Origin: a virus
Reading direction: 5' to 3' (one strand)
DNA length: 64,000 nucleotides
IMG/VR virus record: IMGVR_UViG_3300042894_007649
Span: 17,624 to 81,623 of that record
The translations under genes were made by a program, and so were the position numbers. Under the pieces are notes generated by a model. It did not search any database. It had not been told where the DNA came from and saw nothing but the letters and a program-made list of their open reading frames with translations. Shown here in pieces: positions 48,052 through 58,542 of this stretch; the stretch's first letter is position 1; every line of letters starts with the position of its first letter.

Positions 48052-48774
48052 ATGAGTAAATTTTTGAACTGGATCAAAAATAAAGATGCCATTCTTTACG
48101 AGTCCATTTCTCAAGATGAATTCGGCACTGAAAATAATGAAGGAAAATTAGAACTAGTTGTTTTAATTGGTCCTCCTGCAATTGGTAAAAGCACTTATAT
48201 TGCTCAAAAATTTGCGCCTCAAAATGTATTTGTCGTTAATAGAGATGATATTGTCAATGAAGTATCATCTTCTATGAGCATGACATATGATGATATGTTT
48301 GCTTATCCTCCGCCAGATGCATCTTTAAATGCTTCTGTACAAGGGATGGAGCAATATGGTGTTGTTAAAGAGGCTCCCAAATACATGAGATGGACAAAAT
48401 ATGTTTATGATAAAATTCAAAATGCCAATGATAGAATCAATGAAATTCTGAAGCAAAAATTCAAAGAAGCGATTGATTCTGGCAAGAATGTAGTTGTTGA
48501 CATGACAAATATGACATATGATTCTAGAAAAAATTGTTTAAATTATGTAAAAAATAAAGATTATTTCAAAAGAGCGGTTGTTTTTACGATGCAAGATTCT
48601 GATTTAACAACATTATTTAATCGAATGAGATCTCGTAGTGAAAAAATAAAATCACAAGGCGGTAGTAAAACGATTGGCGAAGATATTGTCAACAGGATGA
48701 TTTCTAGTTTTCAAAAGGTAAATCCAGATGAGGGATTTGATAAAGTTGACACAATAAATAGTTTTTCAATTTAA
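48052..48774 (+). CDS. P-loop kinase (polynucleotide kinase / AAA_33-like) with leader
   Basis: LIGPPAIGKST, NRDDI, VVVDMTN; N-terminus MSKFLNWIKNKDAILYE. Confidence 0.8.
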   Translation: MSKFLNWIKNKDAILYESISQDEFGTENNEGKLELVVLIGPPAIGKSTYIAQKFAPQNVFVVNRDDIVNEVSSSMSMTYDDMFAYPPPDASLNASVQGMEQYGVVKEAPKYMRWTKYVYDKIQNANDRINEILKQKFKEAIDSGKNVVVDMTNMTYDSRKNCLNYVKNKDYFKRAVVFTMQDSDLTTLFNRMRSRSEKIKSQGGSKTIGEDIVNRMISSFQKVNPDEGFDKVDTINSFSI

Positions 48775-48828
48775 TAATTTGAATATGAAGAATCGTTTCT
48801 CTTATTATTTTAAGAGAGGTGCTTCATC

Positions 48829-49365
48829 ATTAAGAGTTTTACATTAAAATCTTTAAAAACATGCTTTGTGATTCTTGCGCCTGAAAATGCATTGAATATG
48901 ATTAAAGTTACAATTAATTCTATTAATTATCACTATCCTAATATAAGTCATATATGCGTGACAGATTCATCTGCCAGCAAAGAAGAAATACTAGAAATTA
49001 AAAAACATTGTCCGACATACAAAGGCAAAGAAACAATTACATCGCTAATTAATGTTGGGATGCGTCATGCGCCATTGGATTGGGTTTTTTTAATTTTTGC
49101 TGGTACTAATGTTCGTCCAAGACTCGATGAGAAGTTTAGTTTTTATGTTGGCAGCGAAAAAGATATTTTGTTTCCTGTGGCAGAAAAAAAACATAACTTT
49201 ATAGAAGCAACCTTGAATGGTTTGTTTATGAATAAAAAAACATTCAAGGAAATTGGAGAAATCGCAGACGAAGGTAAATTAGAATTAATTAAAGCTGAAT
49301 GGGCCATGAATGCGATTGAATATGGCTGTAAATTCAGAGCTATTGTTGGAAGCAAGATGTGTTAA
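48829..49365 (+). CDS. degenerate GT2-like protein (start probably ATT 48829 rather than GTG 48868)
   Basis: GAGAGGT SD 8 nt before in-frame ATT; CFVIL..., INVGMRHAPLDWVFLI resembles the GT2 core without DxD. Confidence 0.45.
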   Translation: MKSFTLKSLKTCFVILAPENALNMIKVTINSINYHYPNISHICVTDSSASKEEILEIKKHCPTYKGKETITSLINVGMRHAPLDWVFLIFAGTNVRPRLDEKFSFYVGSEKDILFPVAEKKHNFIEATLNGLFMNKKTFKEIGEIADEGKLELIKAEWAMNAIEYGCKFRAIVGSKMC

Positions 49366-50097
49366 TTGGAGAATAAAATGAGTGAAGCGAATTTAATGAA
49401 AGATGAGATTGATGAATTGCTCAAGACCAATAATATCAATCAAAGACATAGTTATTTCCAATTGAAATATTTTCTTATTGGAAAAGAGCCTACTCTTCAA
49501 TCAAAAATGTGGCAATGTTTGCGTGAACTGAAGACAAGAAGCGAAAGTTTAAAAAATATTGTTCTCGAAAACGATGATTTAAAAGATAAGATTGAAATAC
49601 TAGATATTAGTGTTAAGAGAATTTTATATGATATGAAAAATCATAAAATTTCTGATGAATTTTTGGCAGAACTATTTCTAAAAGAAAGTGAAATAAAAGT
49701 CCGCCAAGCAGAGCGTCAAAAGAATTCTTTAGAAATAAGCATTAAAGAACTAGCAGAAAGGGAACGTGGCATAAAAGAAGAATGTAAATTTTTCCTTGAA
49801 GTTTTTAAGAATCTGGAAAAAATAGAACCTATAAAACATTTTGATGATCTAGAATCACAAAAAGAATATTGGCATGAGAAATTAAGTCAAAAAATTAATC
49901 TTAAAATTCTAACTCAAGGTTCAATTGATTCGGAAATTGTCGAGACAATTATAGCTTTGCCAGATGATGTTAAAATCAAACAACAAACACTGCAAACTCT
50001 TAATCTTAAACAAAATGAACTATTACAGAAAATTACCGATACAGCTAAAAAGTTTGAAACAAGAAATATTGAAGCGCAAGTAGACAAGGGGAATTGA
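49366..50097 (+). CDS. coiled-coil hypothetical protein
   Basis: 243-aa ORF (ATG 49378 after GGAG); long heptad region. Confidence 0.7.
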   Translation: MENKMSEANLMKDEIDELLKTNNINQRHSYFQLKYFLIGKEPTLQSKMWQCLRELKTRSESLKNIVLENDDLKDKIEILDISVKRILYDMKNHKISDEFLAELFLKESEIKVRQAERQKNSLEISIKELAERERGIKEECKFFLEVFKNLEKIEPIKHFDDLESQKEYWHEKLSQKINLKILTQGSIDSEIVETIIALPDDVKIKQQTLQTLNLKQNELLQKITDTAKKFETRNIEAQVDKGN

Positions 50098-51155
50098 TGG
50101 CGGTAACAAAAATAACTTCATACGATGCAGGCTATACTACTGGCTCGCTTTCTTTGTTTCCACAATCAATTGATTCAAGATATCAATTATACGAAACAAA
50201 AAATAATGCAGAAACAAAGTTAAAGAATTCATTGACTTATGCTGCTAAATTTGTCGTTGTTGACAATAATGATTTGTTTCCAAATAGTGGTATTATTAAA
50301 ATTGGTCCACCTGCTGGTAAAGTTGGCAATAGTGAAATGATTTATTACGAAAACAAAAGCCAAGGTGTTTTTCGTAATATAATTCGTGGTTTTGCAGGGT
50401 CAAAACAAAATTCTTGGAAAATGGGCAGTAGTGTTTTACATGCTGTTTTTGCTGAACATCATAATTCTGTAAAAGACGCAATATTAAATATAGAAAACAA
50501 TCTTGGTCTTATATCAAATCCAGCACCTGATTCATTAAATGGAATTCTTAAGCAACAAGAAAATAAATTTTTAGCACCAAGAGCTATTTTTCGTGCATTT
50601 CCAACTAAGGGTCCACCTAATACAAAAATACGTTTTCAGAATTTTAGCACTGGGCCAGTTGTTCGTTATCTTTGGGACTTTGGAGATGGCACAACTTCTG
50701 TTGAAAAATCTCCATCACACGCTTACATCAAAGAAGGAACTTATTCGGTAAAATTAAATATAATTACTGCTCTTGGCGCTCAAGGTGTTTCAGAAAAGAA
50801 ATTATATATTACGATTGATCAAACAACTGTTCCGCCATTTTATTATATTACCCCAAGTTCTGGAGTATCGCTTCAAACTGCAACTGAATTGGGAAATCCA
50901 AATATGGCAACAAAATTTAATTTTGTTGATCAAACAGATGGCAGCATTCTACAAAGATATTGGGTTTTTGACGGAGAAGGCACAAGTAATGGAATTCAAA
51001 TAGAAAATCAAAGTATTGCTGAATTTAATCCAAATATACATTACACTTCTTATGTTTACGATAAACCCGGAAATTATCAACCGTCATTACTGATTTTATT
51101 TGAAAATCAACAATTACAAAGAGCTTTTTTAAGCAATAAGGTTGTGGTGGATTAA
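50094..51155 (+). CDS. PKD-domain virion protein (paralog 1)
   Basis: YLWDFGDGTTS...PSHAY...GTYSVKL; AEHHN motif. Confidence 0.8.
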   Translation: MMAVTKITSYDAGYTTGSLSLFPQSIDSRYQLYETKNNAETKLKNSLTYAAKFVVVDNNDLFPNSGIIKIGPPAGKVGNSEMIYYENKSQGVFRNIIRGFAGSKQNSWKMGSSVLHAVFAEHHNSVKDAILNIENNLGLISNPAPDSLNGILKQQENKFLAPRAIFRAFPTKGPPNTKIRFQNFSTGPVVRYLWDFGDGTTSVEKSPSHAYIKEGTYSVKLNIITALGAQGVSEKKLYITIDQTTVPPFYYITPSSGVSLQTATELGNPNMATKFNFVDQTDGSILQRYWVFDGEGTSNGIQIENQSIAEFNPNIHYTSYVYDKPGNYQPSLLILFENQQLQRAFLSNKVVVD

Positions 51156-53506
51156 TGGCTATAAATTATCCAAATACATATGATAATAATTCTAATCTTT
51201 ACCTTGTAAGTGATGGACTTAGAGTAAGATTAGCAGAAGATTATAATCCCGGCGACACTAGCATCACAATTCTTGGCGACGAAACGACTATGCGCCGTTT
51301 CAATAACTCTGGAATAATCACCTTAACCGAACAATGTAGTGATGCAGAATTAAGGGCAATAAGTTTTTATTACACATCAAGAACACTGACGACATTTGAT
51401 GGCCTGACTATTTTAGAAGGTTTTACCGATATGGTGAAACCAAAAAATATTACTAATGTCACTCAAAATGTAATGGCTGAACACCATAATACAATTAAAG
51501 ATGCAATAATTGCAATCGAACAATTTGCTGGTAAAAAAGGTGAAATTTCTCAAAGACCTCTTGAAGGAACAATTGAGCAAAGAATAAATTATCTAAGAAG
51601 TATTGCACTTAAGCCAAAAGCATGGTTTAAAGTAGATGCCAGAACAGGATTAGCTCCTCTAACAGTAACCTTTACAGATCAAAGTTTTAGACTTGGAACT
51701 GATGGGACTTCTCAAAATGTTCAACACATTTGGGATTTTGGAGACAATACATCATCCGTTATTTCTGCTGTTTCTATTATTTCTGGAATAGAAACTTTTG
51801 AAATAATATCTGTTGCACCTTCAACAATTTCATTAACATCATATGTTCCAGAATATATTTCCAACATCATTGTCGATGATATCGATGGAGAATCAATTAC
51901 TAAAGTTTATACTGAACCGGGAATTTATACAGTTAAACTTACAATTATCAACGATTTTGGAGAAGATTCCGTTATATTTGACGATTTAATATCAGCTAGG
52001 TTTCCAGCCCCATCCGATGCTTCCATATCATTTGTCAGCAGAGCAAATCAATTTATATCAGTAAGTGGATCTCCGAATGGCGGACCTTATACAACAACTC
52101 CAGTTATTCGTTCCCCAATTAATTCAATTATCGATATTTATATACCTTCAGGAGAAAATCCCAATACTCCTAATGTAACATATGGCGGCGAAAAAATTGT
52201 GTCAGGATCTATTGTTGATCCAATTCAAAATTATACATGGTCTTTATCTGATGATCTGGCTCATGGAAATTCCAACACAGCAAGAGCAGTTTATAGTATC
52301 GGTGGAACTTATGATTTAATTTTAAGAACTGATACAGAATTTGGATCTTATAAAATAACAATTTATGACAATGCATTTGATATTGTTGAGAAAATTAATT
52401 TATGGATTTGGATTTATAACAGCACTAAAACTCAAGTATCTGTTTCAGAATTTGGCTTATTAAGCGAAACATTTAAATCAACTGTTGCGCCATTAACAAT
52501 TAATGTTGATGAATCATTTTTAATTGATACAGTTTCAAACCCAGTTTCAAATTCAACTCAGCAAAGGCGAGAATTCAACAAGAATGTTGGTTTTGCGCCT
52601 AGAACTTCCGCAACATCTGGAAATGCTGGAACAGGAATATTATATTGGGCAAGCGGAAGACCAGCTGGAAGCAGTGTGTTAAATGAAAAGATTTATAGTA
52701 GTGAATTCAATGGATTCACACAAATTTACACTACTGGTTTTGATAAAGCAGGAACTAATATACAACGTCCTTGGAATTGGGTTTCCTTAGCATCTTTGGA
52801 AAAAATTTATTTTATTCTTGGTGGAGTTTCAGGAATAATACCATCAAATACTTCACCAACCAATCAAAGCAAAGATGTGGTTACACTTAATGACTTATCG
52901 GCAATCAATCCATCTTTAACTTTAACGGCATCAAATTATAAGAATGGTGCCGATGAACTACAAGAAAATGAGGTTACTTATGACATCTCAGGAGAACCAA
53001 CACAAGGACACATGAGCGTTTATCGAAGTGCTTGGTATGGTGATTCTGGGTTTTTTCTAAGAAACCAAGGAACTGGATCATTTTTTAGAGTTAAAAGTTT
53101 CTATAAAACTAGTGGAAACACATCTGAACCTTTTGTTGATATAAGAAAATTAGTTGATATGACAGGCACATCAAAAGTAGAAGGTCAATTGGTGCCATTA
53201 AGTAGTGGTGTTTATTTCTTTAACAATTCAGGAGCAGTCTCTGCTTACAACCCAACAACAGGTGTCTGGACAACAGGTGGTCCCGGTATTAATTCTCCTC
53301 AATTTCGACAAATTCAAGACTCAACTGTAATTGGGTATGATAACGAAGATCAACAATTACTCGCAACATCTGATGGCGATAAATTAGCATATTTAAGCTT
53401 CGACTATAGTACCAAGGCATTTATAAAGTTTAATGAAACTGATACTACATTTAGCAGCATCACAAGTAGACCTTCTGGAATTCAATGGAATATGACTATT
53501 TTTTGA
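51155..53506 (+). CDS. PKD-domain virion protein (paralog 2)
   Basis: GLAPLTVTFTDQS, WDFGD, YTEPGIYTVKL; AEHHN motif. Confidence 0.8.
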   Translation: MAINYPNTYDNNSNLYLVSDGLRVRLAEDYNPGDTSITILGDETTMRRFNNSGIITLTEQCSDAELRAISFYYTSRTLTTFDGLTILEGFTDMVKPKNITNVTQNVMAEHHNTIKDAIIAIEQFAGKKGEISQRPLEGTIEQRINYLRSIALKPKAWFKVDARTGLAPLTVTFTDQSFRLGTDGTSQNVQHIWDFGDNTSSVISAVSIISGIETFEIISVAPSTISLTSYVPEYISNIIVDDIDGESITKVYTEPGIYTVKLTIINDFGEDSVIFDDLISARFPAPSDASISFVSRANQFISVSGSPNGGPYTTTPVIRSPINSIIDIYIPSGENPNTPNVTYGGEKIVSGSIVDPIQNYTWSLSDDLAHGNSNTARAVYSIGGTYDLILRTDTEFGSYKITIYDNAFDIVEKINLWIWIYNSTKTQVSVSEFGLLSETFKSTVAPLTINVDESFLIDTVSNPVSNSTQQRREFNKNVGFAPRTSATSGNAGTGILYWASGRPAGSSVLNEKIYSSEFNGFTQIYTTGFDKAGTNIQRPWNWVSLASLEKIYFILGGVSGIIPSNTSPTNQSKDVVTLNDLSAINPSLTLTASNYKNGADELQENEVTYDISGEPTQGHMSVYRSAWYGDSGFFLRNQGTGSFFRVKSFYKTSGNTSEPFVDIRKLVDMTGTSKVEGQLVPLSSGVYFFNNSGAVSAYNPTTGVWTTGGPGINSPQFRQIQDSTVIGYDNEDQQLLATSDGDKLAYLSFDYSTKAFIKFNETDTTFSSITSRPSGIQWNMTIF

Positions 53507-53516
53507 TCAATGTAAT

Positions 53517-53524
53517 TATAAATA
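53517..53524 (+). promoter_or_regulatory. T4-type late promoter TATAAATA
   Basis: Exact consensus upstream of 53555. Confidence 0.55.
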
Positions 53525-53554
53525 AATTGACTAATTTAAGGAAAGAAATCAAAA

Positions 53555-56500
53555 GTGGCAACATATTTCCCGCCAGTACCTATTTATCCTAAGAACTACG
53601 ATAGTAATCGTACATTGTTCTTAGTATACAATACATCAGAAACAGTTACTACCGAGGAAAATCTGCCTTGGTCTGAAGAAATATCAATAAAGCCAGTAGC
53701 TGAAAACGATCTTGAAATATGGGCAGAAAATGGCTTTGCAAACATAGACGGCGAACTTTTTTACTATGACTCTGTTGATAAAGACAGTAATGGAAAAATA
53801 AATAAATTCAAAAGATGCTCTAGAAACATTGGTGGCACACATACAAAGAAAACTCCCGCATCATCCGAAGTTCGTGGATTTGTAATTGCTGAACATCACA
53901 ATCAAATTGTTGATGCAATTGTAAAAATTGAAAATTTTATAGGTTATAATTTTACTCCAGACACAACAACACTTGACTGGAGAATTAGAAACCTTCAAAA
54001 TCTCGAAATTATTTTTGATGATTTTTCTTGCCCAGATATCGTATTTGATTTTTTAACTATTGAAAATAATCCTGTAACTGGAATATTGGCTCGTTATAGC
54101 ATAACGATAACAGGAATATTTACAAGTTATAGACTTGATTTCGGCGATGGTGAATTCACAACTGGAAGCACTACTGGTACGCATAGGTATCCTATAAATT
54201 CAACAATAGACCCAATTGTGACAGTAACTAACAATAAGTGTTCTATTGTTCAAAGTCCAATTCAAAGAAATGTTGCAACAGAGCCTAATACGCCAGCAAA
54301 TGAAACAGCATTTGAAATTCCTATACCAACAATACCAGACTTTCCACCAATAACTCTGCCAGATATAACTGTTCCATCTTCTATACTACCAATTCCACCA
54401 ATTGTATTTCCTTATTTAAATTTTGGACCTGTTGGTCCAATAAATATTCCATCAACAGTAACATTTTTACCTACAATAATTATTCCATCACTAATAACAT
54501 TTACGCCCACAACATTTATACCTTCTACAATATTTATACCAGATGTAAACATACCTTCCATAATATCCATACCAGATGTAAACATACCTTCTATAATATC
54601 CATACCAGATGCAAACATACCAGATACAATTACAGTAGTAGTTCCTGATATTCCAACTGAAATTACAGTAGTAGTTCCTACCATTCCGACTGAAATTATA
54701 GTAGGATTCCCTGATTTTCCGACTGAAATAACGATAGTAGGATTCCCTGATTTCCCAACTGAAATAACAATAGTTGGATTCCCTGATTTCCCAACTGAAA
54801 TAACAATAGTTGGTCCTACCATTCCGACTGAAATAACGATAGTAGGATTCCCTGATTTCCCGACTGAAATAACGATAGTAGGATTCCCTGATTTCCCGAC
54901 TGAAATAACGATAGTTGGTCCTACCATTCCGACTGAAATAACAATAGTTGGTCCTACCATTCCGACTGAAATTACAGTAGTAGTTCCTGATATTCCAACT
55001 GAAATTACAGTAGTAGTTCCTGATTTCCCGACTGAAATAACAATAGTTGGTCCTACCATTCCGACTGAAATTACAGTAGTAGTTCCTGATATTCCGACTG
55101 AAATTACAGTAGTAGTTCCTGATATTCCGACTGAAATTACAGTAGTAGTTCCTGATTTCCCGACTGAAATTACAGTAGGATTCCCTGATTTTCCGACTGA
55201 AATAACGATAGTAGGATTCCCTGATTTCCCAACTGAAATAACAATAGTTGGATTCCCTGATTTCCCAACTGAAATCACAGTAGTTGTTCCTAATATTCCA
55301 GATACAATCACAGTAGTTGTTCCTAATATTCCAGATACAATCACAGTAGTTGTTCCTGATATTCCAGATACAATCACAGTAGTTGTTCCTGATATTCCAG
55401 ATACAATCACAGTAGTTGTTCCTGATATTCCAACTGAAATTACAGTTTTTGATGATATTCCTACTGAAATTACATTAATTGTACCTGATATTCCTAATAT
55501 TGAATTAATTGTACCTGAAATTCCTAATATTGAATTAATTGTACCTGAAATTCCTAATATTGAATTAATTGTACCTGAAATTCCTAATATTGAAATAATT
55601 GTACCTGATATTACTAATATTGAATTAATTGTACCTGAAATTCCTAATATTGAATTAATTGTACCTGAAATTCCTAATATTGAATTAATTGTACCTGAAA
55701 TTCCTACTGAAATTACAGTAGATGATGATATACCAGAACAAATTATAGTAGATGATGATATACCTACAGACATAAGTGTTCAAGATGATATACCAGATTA
55801 CATAGAAGTAGTTCATGATATACCAAGTGAAATAACAATATCATTTGATGGTGCGCCAAGTTTTGGTCCTATTGCCTTTGAAGATCCGCCGATAATTCAG
55901 CCTATTACTTTTGAAGGCGTGCCTACATTTGAGCCTATTACTTTTGAAGGCGTGCCTACATTTGAGCCTATTACTTTTGAAGGTGTGCCTACATTCAGTC
56001 CCATTCCTTTTGGAACTCCGCCAGCTTTTAGTCCTATTCCTATTGGTCCTGCGCCTGCATTGGGTCCAGTTTCATTTGGTCCTGCGCCTGCATTAGGTCC
56101 AGTTACATTTGGTCCTGCTCCTCCATTGGTGGTTACATTTGGTCCTGCACCGAGCTTGGGTCCAATTGAAGTCAGTTTCTCTGGTGCGCCAACAATATCA
56201 GTTGTTTGGGATTCACCTCCGACTGTAAGTTGTGTTGTTACAGTTCAGTGTCCAAGTGCTACGCCTTTTATGAAGCCAAACAATTTATTTTCAGAGGAAA
56301 GTGTTTTTAGTCCGATTGAACCAGTACAAATTCAAAGTGATGATTTAGGAATTCCTTCAGAAATTATTATAAAAATGCCTGAAATTCCAGACATTAGAAT
56401 TATTCATGATGTTCCTGCGATGATTCGCATTGATTCTCCTAATTTTTCGGACATTAGAATTATTGGTCCAGAAGTTCCATTGCCTACTCAAATAAACATT

Positions 56501-56863
56501 AATGCTGATAATTTACCGACAACGATTGATTTAGTTATAACAAATTTACCTAGTTCAATAAAGCTTGATACTTTTGAATTACCTAGTTCAATTAAACTTG
56601 AAGTTCCTGATTCAATGCCGACGATAAAAATTGATGCTTCTGGAATACCTGAAAGGATTCAAGTTGTTGGTATTCCATCGTCAATTGAATTAACTGGTGC
56701 GCCGTCTGAGATCAAACTTGTTATGCCAGACAAGCCTGAGATTGAGATGGTTTATAGAGGTGCGCCTATTGATGTTAAAATCAATTTAGACATTAGCAAA
56801 CTTACTGGAGAAAATGGTGATCAGCCATGTTTTGCATTGGTTCCTTGTAATAAACCAGCGTAA
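53555..56863 (+). CDS. fibre-like protein (paralog 3): AEHHN domain, PKD-like domain, long Pro/Ile/Thr/acidic repeat shaft
   Basis: LDFGDG; dozens of 10-12-aa P-x-x-I-x-I repeats. Confidence 0.75.
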   Translation: MATYFPPVPIYPKNYDSNRTLFLVYNTSETVTTEENLPWSEEISIKPVAENDLEIWAENGFANIDGELFYYDSVDKDSNGKINKFKRCSRNIGGTHTKKTPASSEVRGFVIAEHHNQIVDAIVKIENFIGYNFTPDTTTLDWRIRNLQNLEIIFDDFSCPDIVFDFLTIENNPVTGILARYSITITGIFTSYRLDFGDGEFTTGSTTGTHRYPINSTIDPIVTVTNNKCSIVQSPIQRNVATEPNTPANETAFEIPIPTIPDFPPITLPDITVPSSILPIPPIVFPYLNFGPVGPINIPSTVTFLPTIIIPSLITFTPTTFIPSTIFIPDVNIPSIISIPDVNIPSIISIPDANIPDTITVVVPDIPTEITVVVPTIPTEIIVGFPDFPTEITIVGFPDFPTEITIVGFPDFPTEITIVGPTIPTEITIVGFPDFPTEITIVGFPDFPTEITIVGPTIPTEITIVGPTIPTEITVVVPDIPTEITVVVPDFPTEITIVGPTIPTEITVVVPDIPTEITVVVPDIPTEITVVVPDFPTEITVGFPDFPTEITIVGFPDFPTEITIVGFPDFPTEITVVVPNIPDTITVVVPNIPDTITVVVPDIPDTITVVVPDIPDTITVVVPDIPTEITVFDDIPTEITLIVPDIPNIELIVPEIPNIELIVPEIPNIELIVPEIPNIEIIVPDITNIELIVPEIPNIELIVPEIPNIELIVPEIPTEITVDDDIPEQIIVDDDIPTDISVQDDIPDYIEVVHDIPSEITISFDGAPSFGPIAFEDPPIIQPITFEGVPTFEPITFEGVPTFEPITFEGVPTFSPIPFGTPPAFSPIPIGPAPALGPVSFGPAPALGPVTFGPAPPLVVTFGPAPSLGPIEVSFSGAPTISVVWDSPPTVSCVVTVQCPSATPFMKPNNLFSEESVFSPIEPVQIQSDDLGIPSEIIIKMPEIPDIRIIHDVPAMIRIDSPNFSDIRIIGPEVPLPTQININADNLPTTIDLVITNLPSSIKLDTFELPSSIKLEVPDSMPTIKIDASGIPERIQVVGIPSSIELTGAPSEIKLVMPDKPEIEMVYRGAPIDVKINLDISKLTGENGDQPCFALVPCNKPA
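54530..56170 (+). repeat. coding mosaic tandem repeat array (30/33/36-bp units)
   Basis: PTEITIVGFPDF, PTEITVVVPDI, PNIELIVPEI, PTFEPITFEGV, PALGPVxFGPA units. Confidence 0.92.
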
Positions 56864-56879
56864 AAAACTATTTTAGTTT

Positions 56880-57749
56880 ATGACAGAAAGAATAAAAAAA
56901 ACTCCTGATGGCAATCAATATTTTCTAACCAAGGAAGGTATGTGGGTGAGGAATTTAACTTTAGAACAAATTCCTTATATTGATTTAAATAAAACCATTG
57001 AAAACAAAGACACTTTTATGTTTTTGCAGAATGAAACAAAAAACAATCTTGAGAAATATACTTGGATAGATTCAGAAAAATTTTCTTTTAACAATGTTGT
57101 TATTGTTTCAGATGGTTATGATTTCATAAAAAAGCAAAATATTCTATCTAAACTTCCCAAGGACACTACAATCATAGGTGTTAATGGATCTTTGGCCAAA
57201 TGGAATATTTCGGAAAGATCTTTAAATTGGTATGTTGTCAACAATCCATTTGACGAGTGCATTCGATATTTACCGAGAAGAGGGAGAGTTTTGCCGAAAT
57301 GTATTGCCTCGTGCAGAACAAATCATAAGTTTTTATCTGCTTACAGAGGATCTAAGTATAGATATTATCCTGTTAATGAAAAAAACTATACAAGTATTGG
57401 ATTGAAAGATGTTCATTGGCAAGTTGATGATTATAGAAATCCTATTTGTGCTGCAATATCTTTAGCATATCAATTTGGCGCAGAAAAGATACTTTTGTTT
57501 TGTTGTGATGATAGTTTTAAAACAGAAAGACAAAATTCTATAAATTTAAAAAATGGATTATATGAATATCCTCAACAAAGTATTGCTCATGGTATAATTG
57601 ATGGATTATTTTATTGGTTAAAAAATCATCCTTATTATAAAACAATTTTATGTGATCATTCTAGTAGTCAAGAATACAAACATGCTACATATATAAGTGA
57701 GGAAGATATCCTTCCGTTTTTTCAACAAGGTGGTGAAAAATATGAATAA
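56880..57749 (+). CDS. MAF/DUF115-like sugar-transferase-fold protein, apparently degenerate
   Basis: TIIGVNGS and AAISLAYQFGAEKILLFCCD resemble this family. Confidence 0.45.
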   Translation: MTERIKKTPDGNQYFLTKEGMWVRNLTLEQIPYIDLNKTIENKDTFMFLQNETKNNLEKYTWIDSEKFSFNNVVIVSDGYDFIKKQNILSKLPKDTTIIGVNGSLAKWNISERSLNWYVVNNPFDECIRYLPRRGRVLPKCIASCRTNHKFLSAYRGSKYRYYPVNEKNYTSIGLKDVHWQVDDYRNPICAAISLAYQFGAEKILLFCCDDSFKTERQNSINLKNGLYEYPQQSIAHGIIDGLFYWLKNHPYYKTILCDHSSSQEYKHATYISEEDILPFFQQGGEKYE

Positions 57750-58053
57750 ATGGAATTTTAAAAGTGATGATCCATTTGGTCCGTTTAATTTTAGTGATTT
57801 TAAAAAATGGATGTCACAACAGCAGGACGCAAATAAATCTAATATGATTGGCATACAGGTAGAATCAAAAATTCCCCTGAAAAAATTAATTTCAAGAATA
57901 GAAGCCCAAGATGGTGAATTATTGGAAGTTGCCAAGGACTTCAAAAAAAATGGTGGAAAAATCACAGAAGAGAATGGTCACTACATGTATGTCTCTGTAG
58001 ATAGTGGTTCTTTTATGATTCATCGTATGCATCTTAAAATATCTGATGATTAA
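57742..58053 (+). CDS. hypothetical protein (start ATG 57742)
   Basis: Overlaps the upstream stop; FSDFKKWM leader-like motif. Confidence 0.65.
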   Translation: MNKWNFKSDDPFGPFNFSDFKKWMSQQQDANKSNMIGIQVESKIPLKKLISRIEAQDGELLEVAKDFKKNGGKITEENGHYMYVSVDSGSFMIHRMHLKISDD

Positions 58054-58418
58054 GCTTTACGAATCATAGTATTTTTGTTGGCAAAAGATGACGTGTTAAT
58101 TATGGTTGTTGTGGCTATAGTTGAACTAATTTCGGGCTGTGCTGTAAGTGGGATATTTAAATATTTTCGTGTTTTCAGTGCGGCCCGAAAATCTGCAAAA
58201 GATCCAGATGATTCTATCCAAGGTTCCCATAACATACGATTATCATAAATAATTTGATCCAGTTGGTTTTTCCAATCAACTGGTAGATTTAATGTTTGTG
58301 TTTCTTCAAGTCTTGATGCATTTATTGGTTTTCCAGTCACTTTAAGTAAGATGCGAACAGAACCTTTATCTCTTTTGACGAGATAAATATAAATAGCAGA
58401 CGATAATTTATTAGCCAT
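58050..58418 (-). CDS. hypothetical protein
   Basis: 122-aa ORF with AGGA SD. Confidence 0.7.
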   Translation of the reverse strand: MANKLSSAIYIYLVKRDKGSVRILLKVTGKPINASRLEETQTLNLPVDWKNQLDQIIYDNRMLWEPWIESSGSFADFRAALKTRKYLNIPLTAQPEISSTIATTTIINTSSFANKNTMIRKA

Positions 58419-58542
58419 TTTTATCCTAATTTTCTTTTGGTTGATTATAATTAGTATGTGGTTTTGTAAAAAGTTCTTCTAAAAGAACTTCCATGATTAA
58501 TTTGGTATATTCATCATTGGGGCCAAATTCATTAACAAAATC

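Noticed and set aside
54412-55773. 453-aa minus-strand ORF
   Set aside because: Shadow of the repeat array in the plus-strand fibre gene; the repeats simply lack antisense stops
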